DNA from: Macrostomum lignano
Lineage: Eukaryota
DNA: 31,110 bases
Assembly: GCA_002269645.1 (NCBI GenBank)
Contig: NIVC01004049.1
Location: 1 to 31,110 of the forward strand
Direction of reading: 5' to 3'
Each line of letters opens with the position of its first letter. The stretch's first letter is position 1. The notes under the pieces are model-generated. The model saw only the letters and a program-made list of their open reading frames with translations. It was not told the DNA's origin and ran no database searches. Positions 1-9,647 of this stretch are shown here, piece by piece. Position numbers and translations under genes: made by a program.

Positions 1-3000
1 AGTTGGAAATCATCAATCAATTAGAATCAACCAGTATGCGCTATAAAAATTCTGCAAAGGAACACCAAGAGAGGAGTCGCAACTTAGTTAACAAATATGA
101 AACTCTCACTGGTGAAAAAGCAAAGTACCACAAAATAAGCAGGAACAAGAGAAATTAGAGCAATTAATCCATTTAAAAGAGTCGGAGCTTGCCATGAAGA
201 GATTAATTTTGCACAGAGGACGAAGTTTACAGAACATTACATAGAGTACACAATCCCAATTAAGGCACACGTACCACCAAAACTATCTACGACTATAAAG
301 ACAGCATCCAATCAGTTGTTGATCACACACTCAAAACACGCAAGACCTTTAAACTACAGATATCATTCAAGATTGCGTTTTATATGCCTGCAAACCCACT
401 GAGCATCTCGAGTATTACATGACAACAAAGCAAAGCCATTCACCCCCAACAGACACACTGGATCCTTTCCTTCAAGATGTCAATAAGAAAATTGAAGCGT
501 TTACATCCAGAGGTTCCGGATGGGTCGTGGAGGGATTCAAAGAGCGACTGTCAGGGTCATGAAATATGACCCACTTAAAGCCTCCTCTTATATAGAGCTC
601 CCGCATAAGCTAGCCGGTAAAAAAGCTTGCATAAATGTTAAAAATAAAGACAATTGCTGTGCTCTATGGGCAGTTCTTTCTGCACTTTTAGTGTCCTCAC
701 CACCCGAAAGAACCTCAAATTATCAAAATTATTTTAACTACTATCTCATTGAATGCGAAAAGAAGGGAATCAGGTTTGAGACAAAGGAGGCTTGGCAATC
801 TCTCAGATCCCAAAGCTAGAAGAAGTGTTTAATAACAAAATTAGAATCACAGTCTTTGAGTGGAGTGAAAAACTGAGAAAGTTCAACCGGTCAGATGTAG
901 CAAAGACGTTTTAGATCCGAGGGGAAAAGGCGGACTGAAGTGGATCTTCTAGTGATTGGTAATTTACTAGAGGAGGCTCACTATGTTTGGATTAAAGATC
1001 TTTCAAGACTCATACACAAGCAGTTGAATAATCATCACGAGGCTGTTGCCATCTGCCGCTTGTGCCTTAAGCATTACAGTGGACCTGAACGCTTTGAAAA
1101 ACTAACAGAGCATGAATTATCATGCGAGGATCACCCGACAAACTGCTCTCTTCCTTCAGCTGAAGAGAAGTATCTCCGGTTTAAGAACTATCACAAGATG
1201 GAGAAGCTCCCATTTGTTGTATATGCTGATTTCGAATGCTCAATCGTGCCAGAAAACTCAAAAACAAACTCAAACTCAAAAACATGTCCCCAATTCAGTA
1301 GCATATGCTTTTATTAATACAAAAGACTTGTTGAGTATAATTATTTCTTTGGAGAGCAGTGTGTGGAGCAGTTTATTGCCAGAATGTTAGAGTTGCAAAA
1401 ATGATTAGCACCCTTCAACCTGTTCCAATAATGATGACTGAGGAGGATGAAAGCAATTTCCTATCAGCAACTCATTGCCACATCTGCAGGAAACATTTAA
1501 CTTGCACTAATATTAAAAACCCCACCGTTAGGGACCACTGCCACTATACTGGGAAATTTAGAGGTGCAGCGCATAACACCTGTAATCTAAAGCTAAAATC
1601 GAACATTCATGATCTAACGATATTTTGTCACAACGCAAAGAACTATGACATGCATTTAATAGTTGAAAAAATCGGCATGATTCCAGACATACACCTTGAT
1701 TGCATCGCAGAGAACAAGGAGAAGTTTAAGTGTGTTGATATTAAACAGGATAATTCGGGTAAAGGTAAAATAAGACTGAAGGATTCATATCAATTTCTAG
1801 CTGCCAGTCTAGACGAACTAAGCAAGAATCTAAAAGATGAACAATGTACATATACAAAGATGTTTGCAAGTAAAATTAACAACACTGATGAATCATTTAA
1901 ACTCCTGAGAACCAAAGGCTTCTACAAAAATATTACTGGGTATCACGTATTTGAAGAAGGTTTACCACCACAGGAGAAGTTCTTTTCAAAGCTAACAGAC
2001 TCTGGAATCTCTGACAAAGACTATGAGCACGCGAAGCATGTCTATAATTACTTTAATTGTCAAAACTTCTTCCAGTATCACCTGCTTTACCTCTACACAG
2101 ATGTGTTTCTGCTGGCCGATGTGTTTGAAACCTTCAGATCACCTGGTACACAGCATACGGCCTCGATCCAGCACATTATGTGTCTCTGCCTGCCACTAGC
2201 TGGGAATCTTTGCTTAAAATGAAATGGGATCAAGATCCAGATTGGTACATTGAACTTCTTACAGACATTGACATGTACAATTTTGTCGAATCGTCAAAGC
2301 GAGGGGGAATCTCAATTTGCACCATAGATATGCAAAAGCAAACAATCCCTACATTGAATCTTACAATAAGGAGCAGCCCTCAAACTACATTACTTACTTG
2401 GACGCTAATAATCTCTACGGGTGGGCGATGAGTCAAGATCTTCCAGTTAGAGATTTTCGATGGTTACCCTCATCAGAATTCAAACGGGACTTTTCATTGG
2501 CTGCCATTTATGAGGTTGATGTTTACATTCCACCAGAGCTTCACGACTATTTCTCTGACTTTCCACCCTTCCCGAGAACATCAAGTGCCCGAAAATAATC
2601 GAAACTCCCAATGATAATAATGGAACTTGGCGCTGTCAGGAACAGAAAAAGAACATACAGAGAAACTAACACAGAATCTAAACAACAAGACACGTTACAA
2701 AATCCATTACAAACTGCTTCAGTATTTTATCTCACTTGGTTGCAGGGTCACCATAGTTCACCGGGCTCTTACATTTACAGAGGAAGCGTGGATGAAACCC
2801 TACATTGATAAGAACACCCAGTTTAGGACCAAAGCAACCAACGACTTTGACAAGAACCTCTTTAAGTTGGCCAACAACTCTGTCTATGGCAAGACTCTTG
2901 AGAATGAGCGGAAAAGAACAAACCTGAAACTTGTTACCTCATCAGAGCCTGATGTTATTCAGGCAAATTTGTCAAAGCCAACATTCAAAGAACTCCATAT

Positions 3001-3679
3001 CTTTAATAGCTACTTAGGTGTGATCATATTTTACAAAACCAAGGTGACGCTGCGCAAGCCGATCTATACAGGTGTCACTGTTCTCGACGAATCAAAACGT
3101 CTGATGTACCAGTTCTTCTATGGCATGAAGCAGCAGTACAAGGATAAAATGAAACTCTTGTACACTGACACAGACAGTTTTATTATGGACATTCAAACAG
3201 AAGACATTTATCAGGACATGCTGCAGCAAAAAGATTTGTTTGACTTGTCTGAGTATGATGAATCTTTCAGGACACAGAATGGCGATCAAGTGTTTGACGC
3301 CACTAACAAGAAAGTGATTGGGAAAATGAAGGACGAGATTGCTGGTGACATAATCACTGAATTCATTGGGTTGAGAGCAAAGTCCTATTTTATAAAATGT
3401 GAGTCGTCAGACCCAATCAAAAAATCAAAGGGAATTCCGAAACGTGTAGTTAGGAAGGAAATTAATGAAGCTGAATACAGAGACGCCTTGAATTGCAACA
3501 AAAAGACATCACATGAGTTCTCAAAGCTACAATCCAAAAACCATATTATTCACACAATTCGGCAAAAGAAGATTGGACTGTCAGGTGCAGATAACAAGAG
3601 ATTCATTTTTGATGACAATATCAACAGTCTACCGTTCGGGCATTGGAGGTTAGGTTTAGGAGGTGGATATTGGGTTTAG
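1..3679 (+). pseudogene. polB: Protein-primed family B DNA polymerase of Polinton type, frameshifted
   Basis: Motifs in order across shifting frames: GSGW, YDPL..SSYIELP, INVKNKDNCC, HYVWIKDLSRL, YADFE (ExoI), HNAKNYD (ExoII), YLYTDVFLLADVFE (ExoIII), YGLDPAHY, RGG, YLDANNLYGWAM (A), KLANNSVYGK (B), YTDTDS (C), GKMKDE, KSKG. Start lies upstream of the window. Confidence 0.95.
1490..1600 (+). other. Endonuclease VII-like zinc-binding insertion in the pPolB exonuclease domain
   Basis: CHICRKHL...VRDHCHYTGKFRGAAHNTCN matches the CxxC...DHCH.TG..RG..H..CN pattern. Confidence 0.8.
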
Positions 3680-3712
3680 GTTTGAGAGAAAGTTTAATAA
3701 ACCTCATAAAAA

Positions 3713-4114
3713 ATGACAACAAATAACTTTCTTGAAGATTTGGCTAACGAACTGGAAATCCCAAACTTTAGAGGAATATTTATGAGGGACACTCTGCCTG
3801 ATTTTCCTCTAAGAAAAGAATGCGGCATCATGAACTTTGACACCACCGATAAGCCAGGATCTCATTGGGTTTGCTGGGTGATTGATCCCAATCGCAAGCA
3901 CAAGTGTTATTACTTCGATAGCTATGGGACGGCAGTACCAGAAGAGCTAAGAAATTATATGAAGGGAAAAAATAATAAAAAAATTTATCGCTCAGACTTT
4001 ATTCTCCAAGGTCTTAGCAGTGATATTTGCGGTGAGCTGTGCATGACTGTTTTGTATGCAATGACCAAAACACGAAAGACCTACAAGGAAATTATTCTTG
4101 GCTGTGTTTCATAG
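3713..4114 (+). CDS. Adenain-like maturation cysteine protease, 133 aa
   Basis: GSHW, YFDSYG, LQG and ICG supply the His/Asp/Gln/Cys catalytic set in the expected order; ORF uninterrupted. Confidence 0.9.
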   Translation: MTTNNFLEDLANELEIPNFRGIFMRDTLPDFPLRKECGIMNFDTTDKPGSHWVCWVIDPNRKHKCYYFDSYGTAVPEELRNYMKGKNNKKIYRSDFILQGLSSDICGELCMTVLYAMTKTRKTYKEIILGCVS

Positions 4115-4117
4115 GGT

Positions 4118-4789
4118 TCATTGTGCATTCCTCGTCGTCCTTCTTGCCGAATTTCTTGCCGAATTTTTCGCCGACTTTCTTTCCGCATAATGTTGAAAAA
4201 CTTTCTCGAGTTCATTTCTCAGCTGACTCATGTCATCAGTACCGACCATGTTCAAGTTCATTCGAATTGATTGTTCATAAAGATCCTGAATGGTTTTGAA
4301 CTCATCCTCTGAAATGAACTTATCGTCTATTGCTCTTGAAATGTACCCTATGATTGAAGTGTGCACCCCTTTCTCTTTTACTTGCTTCTCCTGTAGCTGC
4401 TTTAGTTTTTTTCGCCTGTTTCGCGCTAATGCTCCAGTAATTGCTGAAATAAGTCCACATGCAGCACCCACAGAGCCGAGCGGGATTGCGATTGGGGCTG
4501 TGATGACTGGCAACGTTGAGACAGCTGCAGCAGATCCAGATAGAACAGACACAGATCCTAGAATCATATTGCTGTAGTCAAAAAATTTACAGTGGTTGTC
4601 ATAGCGCTTAATTTTCTTTGTGTTGTGGAAAATATTTTTTTCAAGATCATCGCGCATTTTTTGAATCTCCACTAGTCGAAACTGTTGAGAGTTACAAGTA
4701 ATGACGGGGTAGAGTTTTTGTTGCTCATATTGGGGTGCACTAGGTGCTGTGGGAGCATTCGGATCATAAAGAGAATTTTGAGCATCCAT
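4118..4789 (-). CDS. Polinton-associated protein with a central hydrophobic hairpin, 223 aa, putatively membrane-active
   Basis: LYP...FRLVEI start, Gly/Ala/Ser-rich hydrophobic stretch, RNRRKKLK, then ISRAIDDKFISEDEF; TAAAAAATG start. Confidence 0.75.
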   Translation of the reverse strand: MDAQNSLYDPNAPTAPSAPQYEQQKLYPVITCNSQQFRLVEIQKMRDDLEKNIFHNTKKIKRYDNHCKFFDYSNMILGSVSVLSGSAAAVSTLPVITAPIAIPLGSVGAACGLISAITGALARNRRKKLKQLQEKQVKEKGVHTSIIGYISRAIDDKFISEDEFKTIQDLYEQSIRMNLNMVGTDDMSQLRNELEKVFQHYAERKSAKNSARNSARRTTRNAQ

Positions 4790-4897
4790 TTTTTAGGGAA
4801 TTTTTTTAAAAAAATCGGCAACTAGTTGGTGGTGGCTAGATTTGTTTTACGGTTGATTGCTTCGTCTGCAGTGACGGCAACAGGTCTCTGAATCTGC

Positions 4898-5629
4898 CTA
4901 TTCATTATCTGTGAGCTCCATTCTACGCATGATCTCAAACAAGTCGGTTGGATCACTTGTTTCCCTTGTGGTCTGTGGTGCCTCTTCAGCGTCAATGTTT
5001 TTGAGATTATGCAAGCGTTCAAGACGACCGATTCTTCTCACCGATTTCTGCCATTCGGTAAAAACTAAATCTACAAAGACTTTAATTGCAGTAATTCTTA
5101 CTTTGATTCGATCATGCAACGCTGTTGACTGAGTCATGAACTCTTCTAAATTCCTCACTTTACCTGTGTTGGTTGCGACGTTTTCTTTAATTCTATCATG
5201 CAACGCTGTTGACTGGTTCATGAACTCTTCTAAATTATTCACTTTAGCTGTGTTTGTGAAAACTCCTCCTTCAAGAATACGCATCCGTCTATCAGTGGAA
5301 TTTCCCAGAAGATTAACTGTCGATCTTAAGCTGTTGATTTGCGAGACTGCCGAAGTTATTTCTGACCTAAGTTCATTAGTTGCGTTTAACAACGGCACAT
5401 AAAGCTTATCACTTTCAAACTTCTGCCTGGCTACTTTAAGCCTGAGATCTTCCATGTTTATTTGCAACTGGTGCATGGAGCGCTCTAGGGTTTTCAGTCT
5501 GTTTTTATTCAGTTTGATCTCTGGGATCTTTTCGTCGCTGTTGATATATCGCCTGTCAAGGATGGATATCTGAGCTGATGTAAGAGCGCTGTTGCCAGAA
5601 ATGGATTCACCTGCAAAATTAATAGACAT
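4898..5629 (-). CDS. Coiled-coil protein, 243 aa, candidate fibre or spike stalk
   Basis: Long heptad pattern with an internal 28-aa duplication; co-oriented with its neighbours. Confidence 0.7.
   Translation of the reverse strand: MSINFAGESISGNSALTSAQISILDRRYINSDEKIPEIKLNKNRLKTLERSMHQLQINMEDLRLKVARQKFESDKLYVPLLNATNELRSEITSAVSQINSLRSTVNLLGNSTDRRMRILEGGVFTNTAKVNNLEEFMNQSTALHDRIKENVATNTGKVRNLEEFMTQSTALHDRIKVRITAIKVFVDLVFTEWQKSVRRIGRLERLHNLKNIDAEEAPQTTRETSDPTDLFEIMRRMELTDNE
5101..5257. repeat. 84-bp in-frame tandem duplication
   Basis: CTTTGATTCGATCATGCAAC at 5101 recurs as CTTTAATTCTATCATGCAAC at 5185. Confidence 0.9.
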
Positions 5630-5650
5630 CTTTTATTAGCAAATTTTAAA

Positions 5651-6445
5651 TTACAGTTCTTTTTTCTTGTTGATCATGACAAACTGATAGGCTTGGTTCC
5701 ACTTGTCATAGCAAAGATTAACGAATTCCTCTTGTGAAATCTTTCTGCTTGAGTTTTTTGTTGGATTTATAAAATAGGCAGGCGCAATGACCTCATTGTA
5801 AAATCTTTTTAGCCTATCCTGTGGAATGGTTGGAAACAGGAGAATCAGATTGCAGTTCCCACGAATTGTTTTGTTCGGGAGCTCGAACCAGTTCTGTGCA
5901 ATGTAAATTACATTACAATTGTTATGTCGCCCTCTTGTAAAATAGTTTTCTATCTGCTTCTGTGGGCCTGTCATACAATCATCAAAGACGATCAAATGCT
6001 TTCTCCCCTTTTCTAGCTCATCTGGTTGGGGTAGAAGTTTGGTCTTTGGATCAGCCTGTGGATCTCCATAGGTGAACACTTTAATGTTCTGCCATTTTTC
6101 ATTGTCTTTGAGGTGCTTTGCATATTCGGCAGCTACAATTTCAGGGTTACTGGGAAGGCTCATTTGGTTATTAAAACATGCAATAATGTCCTCTTTGTTC
6201 AGCTTGTTTTGAAGCCCTGCAATCAGCATTCTATACTCATCTTGATACAGTGTGGGAGAGTAGATGTGCAGAGTGTCATAGTCGATAAAGCCAGGTCTAA
6301 GAAGCATGTTAAAGACTCTGAATGTTTTACCTGAACCTGATGAACCAACAACAATGCATCTGAAGTGACTCGGGATTGACTCATGATGAGAAAACTTAAT
6401 CTGATTACGTGTCCAGTGAGGATTGAAGTCGTTTGAAAAGTCCAT
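5651..6445 (-). CDS. A32/FtsK-like genome packaging ATPase, 264 aa
   Basis: Walker A GSSGSGKT, Walker B LIVFDD, RGRHNN arginine motif and IYIAQ. Confidence 0.93.
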   Translation of the reverse strand: MDFSNDFNPHWTRNQIKFSHHESIPSHFRCIVVGSSGSGKTFRVFNMLLRPGFIDYDTLHIYSPTLYQDEYRMLIAGLQNKLNKEDIIACFNNQMSLPSNPEIVAAEYAKHLKDNEKWQNIKVFTYGDPQADPKTKLLPQPDELEKGRKHLIVFDDCMTGPQKQIENYFTRGRHNNCNVIYIAQNWFELPNKTIRGNCNLILLFPTIPQDRLKRFYNEVIAPAYFINPTKNSSRKISQEEFVNLCYDKWNQAYQFVMINKKKEL

Positions 6446-6484
6446 TTTTTCTATGATGAAAAAAATTTAAATAATAAATAATGT

Positions 6485-6652
6485 AGATGTGTCATTTCGG
6501 GACTTAGATGTGTCATTTTGGGACTTAGATGTGTCATTTTGGGACTTGGATGTGTTATTTTGGGACTTAGATGTGTCATTTTGGGACTTAGATGTGTCAT
6601 TTTGGGACTTAAATGTGTCATTTTGGTACTTAATTGTGTCATTTTGGGACTA
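6485..6652. repeat. 21-bp tandem repeat, 8 copies (AGATGTGTCATTTTGGGACTT)
   Basis: Eight consecutive units counted with 0-3 substitutions each, in the gap between two viral ORFs. Confidence 0.97.
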
Positions 6653-6693
6653 GTCTTGTACCTTTACATTTCTTGTACCCTCGGAAAGTACCT

Positions 6694-7092
6694 TTAGTCA
6701 AATTTGAAACCACTTCCTTTTTTAATGCTAGCTCTCATCTTCTCATAGACTGCAGGGTCCACACTGTCTGGATTTGGGGCCAGCGGGGCCAGCGGGGCCA
6801 GCGGGGCCAGTGGAGGTTGAATCTCTTGTTTAGGTGTTACAGTATCCTTTATCTTTTTGGCTGCTGTGGCTACACTGCCAGCCGCTTCGGCAACGTTCTT
6901 GATGTTCTCTTTGTTCTCTCCAATGACCTTAAAAATCTTAGCCCCCTGAGCGATCAAATCAGCAAGGCCATTCCCAGAGCGTTCTTTTCTTGGATAGTGG
7001 CCTGCAGGGAAAAGTCCAGATCCGCGTTTAATGAGATTAAGTTCCTCTTTGTCATAGTATTTGTCAATGTCTTTTTCGAAAATAATTGGCAT
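6694..7092 (-). CDS. Small Polinton protein, 132 aa, with three G-x-G motifs; putative protease-processed core or membrane-lytic protein
   Basis: ATG at 7092 in a TAAAAAG context (the track's 7197 start overlaps the upstream gene); KRGSGL, RSGNGL, KKGSGF; (PLA)4. Confidence 0.72.
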   Translation of the reverse strand: MPIIFEKDIDKYYDKEELNLIKRGSGLFPAGHYPRKERSGNGLADLIAQGAKIFKVIGENKENIKNVAEAAGSVATAAKKIKDTVTPKQEIQPPLAPLAPLAPLAPNPDSVDPAVYEKMRASIKKGSGFKFD

Positions 7093-7108
7093 CTTTTTAA
7101 ATAGAAAT

Positions 7109-8305
7109 TTATTTTTTGTTAAACCGTGAAAGCAAAAGTTCTCTTGCTCTTTTATCGATATATTTTCTCTCAAGCATTTTGTCCAGGATGTTGACAAATT
7201 CTTTTCTATTCTCGTCTTTCATTCCGGTCTTTGCCGCTCCTAGAAGAACAGCTAACCGCTTGTAGAATTCAGGCATGCCTTTTCCAGTTGAGGGCGGTTG
7301 GTCTTGAGGTTGTGGAGTTGGTTGGGCTTGTGGCTGCTGGGGAGGTGATGCAAAAGACTGCTCACTTTCAGAGACGGAACTGTCATGTGGTGCCTGTCTT
7401 TGTTGAGGTGTGAAAACTCTTTGCTTGATTCTGTTCATTCGATCTGGAGAGTGTTGTTCTAAGTGTTGCCAATCTGTTGGGTTTTGTTTCTTATATTCAG
7501 CTACTTGAGTCGGATCTGCATTTTCCAGTTGCCTGAGTACTTCTGTGAAATGTTGCTGCTGCTGTGGTTGTGGTTGTTGTTGCTGTTGTTGTTGTTGTTC
7601 TAGATATTTTATGACTTCCGCCTGATCTGGCAAATCGAACCATTGTTTAAAGTGATTGTACTTTTTGAATCTAGTCAGGTTGACACCGTTATCATACATA
7701 AGTCTCAGGACTTCTGGGGCCTTTAGTATTGCTATATCTCTAGCAAGAGCAAAAGTCACTAGATCTCTATAGTTCTTTAGCTGTTTGTCCGAGATTCTCT
7801 CTTGGTTCTTGGTCATAAAAGTCAGTAAGGTTTCTGTGAAAGGAATGCTCTTAGTTTCCGAGCCTTTGACAACAGAAATATGTTTCTTATTTATGTCGAT
7901 ATAATATTCCACTGGTTCATTATAAATGTTTCTTCTCCACATACTTATTCCAAATACATATTTCCCATCATGTTCGACACGCTCTACTGGTCCAAAAATG
8001 TTATCTGTCACTTTTAGTTGTGATTGATGTGGTTGTGGTTGTTGTGGTTGCGGCTGTATCTGTGGTGCTTCTGGAATTTTGCCCAAAACCTTTTGCACTT
8101 GGGTTTCCTGTATGTCGTCGATAGTTTCTTTGACCTGATCAATATTTTTCTTAGCTTCTCCATACCCGGGTTTATGAAACTCTGTGGCTGCTTGGACAAA
8201 CTCATTGTAGGATTGTTGCTCCTTATTTATTAGCCCGGTAACTCGTTTCTCTGCTTGTGCTAGCTTCTCCAATTCAGATATCTGCTGTGTACTTTTCCGC
8301 TTCAT
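7109..8305 (-). CDS. Polinton core-type protein, 398 aa, with Q/P-rich linkers and a C-terminal helical domain
   Basis: Long intact ORF. TDNIFG...TETLL...Y and GKG...RLAVLLGA...EFVNILDKML resemble an ORF I recall from animal Polintons. Confidence 0.8.
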   Translation of the reverse strand: MKRKSTQQISELEKLAQAEKRVTGLINKEQQSYNEFVQAATEFHKPGYGEAKKNIDQVKETIDDIQETQVQKVLGKIPEAPQIQPQPQQPQPHQSQLKVTDNIFGPVERVEHDGKYVFGISMWRRNIYNEPVEYYIDINKKHISVVKGSETKSIPFTETLLTFMTKNQERISDKQLKNYRDLVTFALARDIAILKAPEVLRLMYDNGVNLTRFKKYNHFKQWFDLPDQAEVIKYLEQQQQQQQQPQPQQQQHFTEVLRQLENADPTQVAEYKKQNPTDWQHLEQHSPDRMNRIKQRVFTPQQRQAPHDSSVSESEQSFASPPQQPQAQPTPQPQDQPPSTGKGMPEFYKRLAVLLGAAKTGMKDENRKEFVNILDKMLERKYIDKRARELLLSRFNKK

Positions 8306-8335
8306 TTCTTATTTTATTTTATTTTTAGTTAAAAA

Positions 8336-9622
8336 ATGAACGACCCACTGACACCAGTTTTCTACAAAATTAACAAGCCTATTTTGAGTGATGATAGCAC
8401 AATCAAAGCGACACAAGTTAGAGTTCCGAGTCACGAGAACCAGAATGAAACTAATTTGGGTCCAGGTCAAACACTGACATTTACATACAATGGATGTTCG
8501 TCTCTGGTTAGTGTGCACAGTCTTAAGAGCGGCTTCCATATGACATTTCAATTCAAGACAAAAGGTGGTGCGGATGCGGCTCGTGCTAACGTTGACAAGC
8601 ATGATGCGGATGTGGCTCTGATCAGTAACTTTTGGGCGTACATGTTCAAGGAGTTTAGTGTATCGAATGGGAGCACTGAGTTGGAGCGAATCGCCAACTT
8701 TGGAATTGTCTATGACGCTCATTGTTTGATCGAGAATCCTGATTTTATTCAGTTGGGAAGTGGTGCGGGTTTTATCGCAGATGAAAAAGAAGGAGACACC
8801 AATGACATTGGCTATAAAAAGAGGAAGAAGAGATACAACTATGCATTGCAAGGTGCTGATGATGCTGCTAAAAACCCGCTGTATCGGTCTGTTGATGTAT
8901 TTGTACCACTGAGATTCATGAGTGGATTCTGTAATACATTTAATCGACTGACTAGTAACTTTAGCTACACATTTAGACTGACTAGAGATGATCGCAGTAG
9001 AGTGTTGTGGACTGGGGCGGACCACACAAGGATGGAGGTGAAGCTAACCGGAATCGAGCTGTATTTGGAAGTCATTGAGCCAAAGACTGCACTAAAAGCA
9101 GACTATCTTAAGGCAATAGAGAAGGACATTGATGTTGCATACACGGCCTACATGTGTCGAGATGAGCGAAACGAAACTAGAACAAACATCTGCATCAAAG
9201 AGGGATCATGCAGCAATCCAAGGTATATTATTATTAACATGAGAAACCCAAATAGCATTATACGCTACATGCATGGTGACGTGCGGTCCATTCAGCATGA
9301 AATCAGTGATAATCTTTACCCTGCACTGCCACAAAATGGAGATTTCAGTCAGAACAAGATTAGCAAATTTTATAGCGAGTTGGTCGACTTGGCTGTGAAA
9401 GAGAACAATGGAATTGCTATCACTGCTCTTCAATATGGAACTCTATATCCAATGTTTGGCGCTGATGTGTCTGCCAGACAAATGCCTACTGATAACAGCC
9501 CTGTGAATATCGTGACCAACATTGAGAGGACTGTCGCAACACCCGTGGACTTGTACATTATCTATGCATTTGAGAGGAAGGTGAAGCTTAACATGATCAA
9601 CAATTCATCCAGTAAAGTTTAA
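8336..9622 (+). CDS. Major capsid protein (double jelly-roll, hexon-like), 428 aa
   Basis: Size, position before the penton, beta-rich pattern; DDSTI, N..G..LTF, ELERI..FG, IGYKKR, VPLRFMSGF, FRLTR are Polinton MCP-like. Confidence 0.85.
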   Translation: MNDPLTPVFYKINKPILSDDSTIKATQVRVPSHENQNETNLGPGQTLTFTYNGCSSLVSVHSLKSGFHMTFQFKTKGGADAARANVDKHDADVALISNFWAYMFKEFSVSNGSTELERIANFGIVYDAHCLIENPDFIQLGSGAGFIADEKEGDTNDIGYKKRKKRYNYALQGADDAAKNPLYRSVDVFVPLRFMSGFCNTFNRLTSNFSYTFRLTRDDRSRVLWTGADHTRMEVKLTGIELYLEVIEPKTALKADYLKAIEKDIDVAYTAYMCRDERNETRTNICIKEGSCSNPRYIIINMRNPNSIIRYMHGDVRSIQHEISDNLYPALPQNGDFSQNKISKFYSELVDLAVKENNGIAITALQYGTLYPMFGADVSARQMPTDNSPVNIVTNIERTVATPVDLYIIYAFERKVKLNMINNSSSKV

Positions 9623-9647
9623 ATATTTTTTTTTGTGGGTGAAAAAA

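Noticed and set aside
3645-3685. TTAGG/TTTAGG-like G-rich stretch at the pPolB 3' end
   Set aside because: Only 2-3 imperfect units, overlapping coding sequence; chance is sufficient.
8309-9025. 238-aa antisense ORF, and similar shadows over other viral genes
   Set aside because: Lies opposite the MCP and shows no motifs.
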